Assembly: GCA_964016885.1 (NCBI GenBank)
Contig: OZ024741.1
Span: 153,140,001-153,204,000 of the forward strand
Direction: 5' to 3'
DNA from: Eledone cirrhosa
Taxonomy: Eukaryota
DNA: 64,000 nt
Both the position numbers and the translations under genes were made by a program. This document shows, piece by piece, positions 56,260 to 64,000 of the stretch (position 1 is its first letter; each line of letters starts with the position of its first letter). Under the pieces are notes generated by a model. It saw only the letters and a program-made list of their open reading frames with translations, did not search any database and was not told the origin of the DNA.

Positions 56260-56480
56260 TTAACCCTTTAGCATTTACATTACTCTATATATATATACAG
56301 CTGTATTTTTGTGGTGAAGGTTTTACCTCACATAATTACCTCACATAATATCGAATCTACAAGATTTTGATGTCATTTATTTTGAGAAAAATACCTTAAC
56401 ATCCAGTTATGGCTGGTTTGAACAGAAAGAGGTGAGAGAATTCTGGCTGGATACGGCCGGTTTAAATGCTAAAGGGTTAA
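56260..56480. mobile_element. piggyBac-like MITE
   Basis: TTAA|CCCTTTAGCATTTA ... TAAATGCTAAAGGG|TTAA. Confidence 0.85.
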
Positions 56481-56519
56481 ACCAACCATCACTAAGGGGT
56501 TAAACCACACCACAAATTG

Positions 56520-57600
56520 TGTTATTGCTGTTCTTGTTAATATTTTTTATAGTTGTTGTTCTGATTGTGGTGGTTGTTATTGTGATGATGGCGGCAGTGG
56601 TGGTGGTAGTGGTGATGGTGGTGATGGTTGTTGTTGTGATGGTGGTGGTGGTTGTGATGTTGATGATGGTTGTTGTTGTGATGATGGTGGCAGTGGTGGT
56701 GGTAGTGGTGATGGTGTGATGGTTGTTGTAGTGGTTGTTGTTGTTGTGGTGGTGGTGGTGGTTGTGGTAGTTGTTGTGATGTTGATGGTGGCAGTGGTGG
56801 TGGTAGTGGTGATGGTTGTTATAGTGGTTGTTGTTGTGGTGGTGGTGGTGGTAATGGTGATGGTGGTGATGGTGGTTGTTTTGGTTATTGTTGTTGCTCT
56901 CATGGTTGTAGTTGTTATGGTTATTGTGCTTGTTGTTATTGTTGCTGCTGATGTTACAGCTATTATTATTGTTTAGCCCTAGGTTAGCTCTGATCCAACA
57001 GACCTATAATCAAATACATACCAGCCATGGCAATCCTGTCTTCCTGTCCCTTTCTAAGTGAGTGGAGAGGGTTGGTGATTTGAGGGAAGTTTAGACACTA
57101 TTTCTAGCAGGATGAATGACCTTGTAGAAGCTCCCCTCCCCCCTCGGCTGATGTTACACTTTTTGCTGTTTTGTCAATGTTGTTGTTGTTATTGTTGTTG
57201 TTGTTATTGTTGTTGTTATGTTGTTGCTATTGCTGATGATGATGTTGATGTTTTGTCTATGGTGATGTTGATGTTGTAATGGTTGTCGATGGTGATGTTG
57301 TGGATGGTGACGTTGTCGATGGTGATGTTGTCGATGGTGGTGTTGTCGATGGTGGTGTTGTCGATGGTGATGTTGTGGATGGTGACGTTGTCGATGGTGA
57401 TGTTGTCGATGGTGATGTTGTGGATGGTGATGTTGTCGATGGTGATGTTGATGATGGTGATGTTGATGATGTATTGGTTGTCGATGGTGATGATGTCGAT
57501 GGTGGTGATGTTGTTATGGTTGTTATTGATATTGATGTTGATGTTGTTGTTATGGTTGTTATTGTTGGTATTGATGATGATGTTGATGTGCTTGTTGTTG
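56520..57600. repeat. GTG/GTT/GAT triplet tracts including a 15-bp unit (GTCGATGGTGATGTT)
   Basis: Direct reading; interrupted by a dispersed repeat at ~56970-57135. Confidence 0.85.
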
Positions 57601-57879
57601 TTTCTAAATCATTCATTCATGGCTAATCTTATTCAAATCTATTTTTAGAAATTACCAACTTTATTGTGATTTCTCAATTGCAGAAAGTGGTGTGGGGGTG
57701 GGGTAGTAGGAGTGTAACAAGGAGGTGAGAGGAGGGGGTAGGATAGTGTGAGGAGGGGGCAAAGTATTTCACCATTTCTACAGAATTCCTTTTTTAATTT
57801 CCTTCAGACATCAAAAATTTTGAATAGATTTGTTGCAGGGTAGAGTAGGGGTAGGTGTTCCTGTTGCTGTTGTTGTTGT

Positions 57880-60800
57880 TTGTGGTGATGGTGGTGATGG
57901 ATATACTTGCAGTGGTGGTGGTGATATAAGTGTTGTTGTAGGTAGAGGTGGTGGCAGTGGTGGTGGTCATGGTTACACTGGCAGTGGTACTGGTGCTGGT
58001 AATGGCTGTAGTGGTAGTGGTGATGTCAGTGTTGTTGTAGGTAGAGGTGGTGGCAGTGGTGGTGGTGGTGATGTCAGTGTTGTTGTAGGTAGAGGTGGTG
58101 GTGGTGGTGGTGGTCATGGTTACACTGGCAGTGGTACTGGTGCTGGTAATGGCTGTAGTGGTAGTGGTGATGTCAGTGTTGTTGTAGGTAGAGGTGGTGG
58201 TGGTGGTGGTGGTCATGGTTACACTGGCAGTGGTACTGGTGCTGGTAATGGCTGTAGTGGTAGTGGTGATGTCAGTGTTGTTGTAGGTAGAGGTGGTGGT
58301 GGTGGTGGTGGTCATGGTTACACTGGCAGTGGTACTGGTGCTGGTAATGGCTGTAGTGGTAGTGGTGATGTCAGTGTTGTTGTAGGTAGAGGTGGTGGCA
58401 GTGGTGGTGGTCATGGTTACACTGGCAGTGGTATTGGTGCTGGTAATGGCTGTAGTGGTAGTGGTGATGTCAGTGTTGTTGTAGTTAGTGGTGGTGGTGG
58501 TGGTGGTGATGATGGTTACACTGGCAGTGGTACTGGTGCTGGTAATGGCTGTAGTGGTAGTGGTGATGTCAGTGTTGTTGTAGGTAGTGGTGGTGGTGGC
58601 AGTGGTGATGGTGATGGTTACACTGGCAGTGGTACTGGTGCTGGTAATGGCTGTAGTGGTAGTGGTGATGTCAGTGTTGTTGTAGGTAGTGGTGGTGGTG
58701 GCAGTGGTGGTGGTGATGGTTACACTGGCAGTGGTATTGGTGCTGGTAATGGCTGTAGTGGTAGTGGTGATGTCAGTGTTGTTGTAAGTAGAGGTGGTGG
58801 TGGTGGTGGTGGTCATGGTTACACTGGCAGTGGTACTGGTGCTGGTAATGGCTGTAGTGGTAGTGGTGATGTCAGTGTTGTTGTAAGTAGAGGTGGTGGT
58901 GGTGGTGGTGGTCATGGTTACACTGGCAGTGGTGGTGGTGCTGGTAATGGCTGTAGTGGTAGTGGTGATGTCAGTGTTGTTGTAGGTAGAGGTGGTGGTG
59001 GTGGTGGTGGTCATGGTTACACTGGCAGTGGTACTGGTGCTGGTAATGGCTGTAGTGGTAGTGGTGATGTCAGTGTTGTTGTAGGTAGAGGTGGTGGTGG
59101 TGGTGGTGGTGGTGGTGATGGTTACACTGGCAGTGGTACTGGTGCTGGTAATGGCTGTAGTGGTAGTGCTGATGTCAGTGTTGTTGTAGATAGAGGTGGT
59201 GGCAGTGGTGGTGGTGATGGTTACACTGGCAGTGGTACTGGTGCTGGTAATGGCTGTAGTGGTAGTGGTGATGTCAGTGTTGTTGTAGGTAGAGGTGGTG
59301 GTGGTGGTGGTGGTGGTGATGGTTACACTGGCAGTGGTACTGGTGCTGGTAATGGCTGTAGTTGTGGTGGTGATGTCAGTGTTGTTGTAGGTAGAGGTGG
59401 TGGCAGTGGTGGTGGTGATGGTTACACTGGCAGTGGTACTGGTGCTGGTAATGGCTGTAGTGGTAGTGGTGATGTCAGTGTTGTTGTAGGTAGAGGTGGT
59501 GGTGGTGGTGGTGGTGGTGGTGATGGTTACACTGGCAGTGGTACTGGTGCTGGTAATGGCTGTAGTGGTAGTGGTGATGTCAGTGTTGTTGTAGGTAGAG
59601 GTGGTGGTAGTGGTGGTGATGGTGATGGTTACACTGGCAGTGGTACTGGTGCTGGTAATGGCTGTAGTGGTAGTGGTGATGTCAGTGTTGTTGTAGGTAG
59701 AGGTGGTGGTGGTGGTGGTGGTGGTGATGGTTACACTGGCAGTGGTACTGGTGCTGGTAATGGCTGTAGTGGTAGTGGTGATGTCAGTGTTGTTGTAGGT
59801 AGAGGTGGTGGTGGTGGTGGTGATGGTGATGGTTACACTGGCAGTGGTACTGGTGCTGGTAATGGCTGTAGTGGTAGTGGTGATGTCAGTGTTGTTGTAG
59901 GTAGAGGTGGTGGTAGTGGTGGTGATGGTGATGGTTACACTGGCAGTGGTACTGGTGCTGGTAATGGCTGTAGTGGTGGTGGTGATGTCAGTGTTGTTGT
60001 AGGTAGAGGTGGTGGTGGTGATGATGGTTACACTGGCAGTGGTACTGGTGCTGGTAATGGCTGTAGTGGTAGTGGTGATGTCAGTGTTGTTGTAGGTAGA
60101 GGTGGTGGTGGTGGTGGTGGTGATGGTTACACTGGCAGTGGTACTGGTGCTGGTAATGGCTGTAGTGGTAGTGGTGATGTCAGTGTTGTTGTAGGTAGTG
60201 GTGGTGGTGGTGGTGGTGGTCATGGTTACACTGGCAGTGGTACTGGTGCTGGTAATGGCTGTAGTGGTAGTGGTGATGTCAGTGTTGTTGTAGGTAGAGG
60301 TGGTGGTGGTGGTGGTGGTGGTGATGGTTACACTGGCAGTGGTACTGGTGCTGGTAATGGCTGTAGTGGTAGTGCTGATGTCAGTGTTGTTGTAGGTAGA
60401 GGTGGTGGTAGTGGTGGTGGTCATGGTTACACTGGCAGTGGTATTGGTGCTGGTAATGGCTGTAGTTGTGGTGGTGATGTCAGTGTTGTTGTAGGTAGAG
60501 GTGGTGGTGGTGGTGGTGGTGATGATGGTTACACTGGCAGTGGTATTGGTGCTGGTAATGGCTGTAGTGGTAGTGGTGATGTCAGTGTTGTTGTAGGTAG
60601 AGGTGGTGGTGGTGGTGGTGGTCATGGTTACACTGGCAGTGGTACTGGTGCTGGTAATGGCTGTAGTGGTAGTGGTGATGTCAGTGTTGTTGTAGGTAGA
60701 GGTGGTGGCAGTGGTGGTGGTCATGGTTACACTGGCAGTGGTACTGGTGCTGGTAATGGCTGTAGTTGTGGTGGTGATGTCAGTGTTGTTGTAGGTAGAG

Positions 60801-62220
60801 GTGGTGGCAGTGGTGGTGGTCATGGTTACACTGGCAGTGGTGGTGGTGCTGGTAATGGCTGTAGTTGTGGTGGTGATGTCAGTGTTGTTGTAGGTAGAGG
60901 TGGTGGCAGTGGTGGTGGTCATGGTTACACTGGCAGTGGTACTGGTGCTGGTAATGGCTGTAGTGGTAGTGGTGATGTCAGTGTTGTTGTAGGTAGAGGT
61001 GGTGGTGGTGGTGGTGGTGATGGTTACACTGGCAGTGGTACTGGTGCTGGTAATGGCTGTAGTGGTAGTGGTGATGTCAGTGTTGTTGTAGGTAGAGGTG
61101 GTGGCAGTGGTGGTGGTCATGGTTACACTGGCAGTGGTACTGGTGCTGGTAATGGCTGTAGTGGTAGTGGTGATGTCAGTGTTGTTGTAGGTAGAGGTGG
61201 TGGTGGTGGTGGTGATGATGGTTACACTGGCAGTGGTACTGGTGCTGGTAATGGCTGTAGTGGTAGTGGTGATGTCAGTGTTGTTGTAGGTAGAGGTGGT
61301 GGTGGTGGTGGTGGTCATGGTTACACTGGCAGTGGTACTGGTGCTGGTAATGGCTGTAGTGGTAGTGGTGATGTCAGTGTTGTTGTAGGTAGAGGTGGTG
61401 GTGGTGGCAGTGGTGGTGGTCATGGTTACACTGGCAGTGGTATTGGTGCTGGTAATGGCTGTAGTTGTGGTGGTGATGTCAGTGTTGTTGTAGGTAGAGG
61501 TGGTGGCAGTGGTGGTGGTGATGGTTACACTGGCAGTGGTACTGGTGCTGGTAATGGCTGTAGTGGTAGTGGTGATGTCAGTGTTGTTGTAGGTAGAGGT
61601 GGTGGTGGTGGTGGTGATGATGGTTACACTGGCAGTGGTACTGGTGCTGGTAATGGCTGTAGTGGTAGTGGTGATGTCAGTGTTGTTGTAGGTAGAGGTG
61701 GTGGTGGTGGTGGTGGTCATGGTTACACTGGCAGTGGTACTGGTGCTGGTAATGGCTGTAGTGGTAGTGGTGATGTCAGTGTTGTTGTAGGTAGAGGTGG
61801 TGGCAGTGGTGGTGGTCATGGTTACACTGGCAGTGGTGGTGGTGCTGGTAATGGCTGTAGTGGTAGTGGTGATGTCAGTGTTGTTGTAGGTAGAGGTGGT
61901 GGTGGTGGTGGTGGTCATGGTTACACTGGCAGTGGTACTGGTGCTGGTAATGGCTGTAGTGGTAGTGGTGATGTCAGTGTTGTTGTAGGTAGAGGTGGTG
62001 GTGGTGGTGGTGGTGGTCATGGTTACACTGGCAGTGGTGGTGGTGCTGGTAATGGCTGTAGTGGTAGTGGTGATGTCAGTGTTGTTGTAGGTAGAGGTGG
62101 TGGTGGTGGTGGTGGTCATGGTTACACTGGCAGTGGTACTGGTGCTGGTAATGGCTGTAGTGGTAGTGGTGATGTCAGTGTTGTTGTAGGTAGAGGTGGT
62201 GGTGGTGGTGGTGGTGGTTG
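57880..62220. repeat. ~87-bp tandem array (~50 copies), stop-free in one frame on each strand
   Basis: Unit GGTTACACTGGCAGTGGTACTGGTGCTGGTAATGGCTGTAGTGGTAGTGGTGATGTCAGTGTTGTTGTAGGTAGA(GGT)n(C/G)AT. Confidence 0.95.
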
Positions 62221-62320
62221 TGCTAGTTGAGGTTGTAGAAGGGATCCTTATGCTGTTGGTGGTGCTAGTGACAATAGTTCTGGTGGTGTTAGTGATGGTG
62301 CTGATAACAGTGGTAATAAT

Positions 62321-62371
<51 letters not shown>

Positions 62372-62377
<6 letters not shown>

Positions 62378-62585
62378 ATAATAATAAATTTGAAGACTAA
62401 AATCCAAAGAGGGCTCGATAAGGATAAATATATATCAAATATATAAGAACCGTAGAGCAAATATTTATTAAAATAACAGATTAAAGTTTAAGCAAAGAAT
62501 CGCTGCTTTCACCCTTAACGGGATCTTCTGATCCGTTAAGGGGGAAAGCAGCGATTCTTTGCTTAAACTTTAATCTGTTATTTTA

Positions 62586-62592
<7 letters not shown>
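62372..62592. mobile_element. (TA)n-embedded element with a terminal 130-bp palindrome centred on a broken hammerhead core
   Basis: 62461-62592 palindrome; minus CAGAAGA-TCCC GTTAA GGGT-GAAA; 62372-62475 is the reverse complement of 10858-10960. Confidence 0.75.
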
Positions 62593-62616
<24 letters not shown>

Positions 62617-62617
62617 A

Positions 62618-62929
62618 TGGAGGTACATGGTGTTAGAGCATTGGCTTTGCAATCGAAAGGTTGTGAGTTCAATTCTCAGACCGGGTGATGTGTTGTTTCC
62701 TTGAGCAAGACACTTTATTTCACATTGCTCCAGTTTACTCAGCTGTAGAAATGAGATGATAGGAACTGGGGTCCATATCACTCCACTGTAAAGTGGACGT
62801 GTAGGTGCCACGGCAAAAAAGCACCCAGCACTCACTGTAAATTAGGAAGGGCATCCAGCTGTAGAAATCAAGCCAGAATCAGTTCCCGTCCCACCCTTGC
62901 AAGCAGGGAAAAAGCGGACGTAAAATGAA

Positions 62930-62964
<35 letters not shown>

Positions 62965-62965
62965 A
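62618..62965 (+). mobile_element. Near full-length CORE-like SINE with (GAT)n tail
   Basis: tRNA-like head, CCTTGAGCAAGACACTTTATTTCAC core, AGGAAGGGCATCCAGCTGTAG module, (ATG)n tail. Confidence 0.85.
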
Positions 62966-63605
62966 TATAATATAAGATCAGTCCTATAAACTGTGGTGTG
63001 CTACTTATCCGATATTTGCATTGCTTTATTGTGCTACAATAAAACTCACCTCCTATATTATATATATATATTTATTTATCTTAATGACTGAGATGTATTG
63101 ATAGTTGAGATGTCCATCCACCACATTAATCCATCCACCCCCATCCTATTGTCCATCCATCTCCACCCCACCTAAAACTCAAAGCTAAGCAGCTTTCTCT
63201 CTTAATGCCTGACATTTTCACAAAATCTTGCAGCAATAGAAGTATATGTATGTGAGTGTATGTATGTATGTGTATGTGTGGGTTTATGTTTGCATGTGTA
63301 AATGTTTGTATGTGTTTGTGTGTGTTGGAGGTTGAAGTGTGTGTGTGTGTGTGTGTGTGTTTTTTTTGCAATCATGGTTTCCTGTGTTTAATCTCACTGA
63401 ACAAATATCTTTACCATTACCTTAAATCAATCCAACTCTTGGGAGTGAAATTTGGGTAGACAGAAGCTGTGTGGAAGCCCTCAGCCTGAGGATTACATTA
63501 AGGGTACACATGTCTGTGGAATACTCAGTCACTTTATACACTCATACAATAAATATGTAGTACAGTTGATCAAACAACAGGCATAGTCAGCATCAAAACC
63601 ATAGA

Positions 63606-64000
63606 AGTAGTTAGTATTACACTGTACTAGGTATACTATTAACTATTATAGTTACATGTGGTTAGTATTACACTGTAGTTGACTTTGCCTGTCATCCTTA
63701 CGGGGTCGATAAAATAAAGTACCAGTAATGCACTGGGTAATTGCTGGCCTTGTGCCTAAAGTAGAAACAACTATTAACTATTATAGTTACATGTAGTTAG
63801 TATTACACTGTACTAGGTATACTACTATCTATTATAGTTACATGTGGTTAGTATTACACTGTACTAGGTATACTACTATCTATTATAGTTACATGTGGTT
63901 AGTATTACACTGTACTAGGTATACTACTATCTATTATAGTTACATGTGGTTAGTATTACACTGTACTAGGTATACTACTAACTATTATAGTTACATGTGG
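63606..64000. repeat. 51-bp tandem repeat interrupted by a 5'-truncated SINE (63678-63770)
   Basis: Period 51 (63844 to 63895); runs off the window end. Confidence 0.9.

Overview
AT-rich, repeat-dominated metazoan DNA. The SINE families, (TA)n/(CA)n/(GGT)n microsatellites and composition look like an octopod cephalopod genome (inference from recalled repeat families). I find no convincing host protein-coding gene, and nearly all ORFs in the track are microsatellite read-throughs. Identifiable content: decayed non-LTR retrotransposons (CR1/L2-like, several RTE-like, L1/Tx1-like, CRE-like), many tRNA-derived SINEs, two non-autonomous Helitrons, hAT/piggyBac/Tc1-mariner MITEs, several minisatellites (32, 51 and ~87 bp units) and a 200-N gap. 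The most striking unannotated signal is a population of short non-coding elements in or beside (TA)n tracts that carry type I hammerhead ribozyme folds (CUGANGA...GAAA...NUH). About ten are intact or near-intact and several more are decayed, and they come from multiple unrelated sequence families. Many occur as back-to-back palindromic pairs or long inverted copies, and several have AATAAA just downstream. This resembles Penelope-like element pseudo-LTRs or retrozymes, but no Penelope ORF is present in the window.
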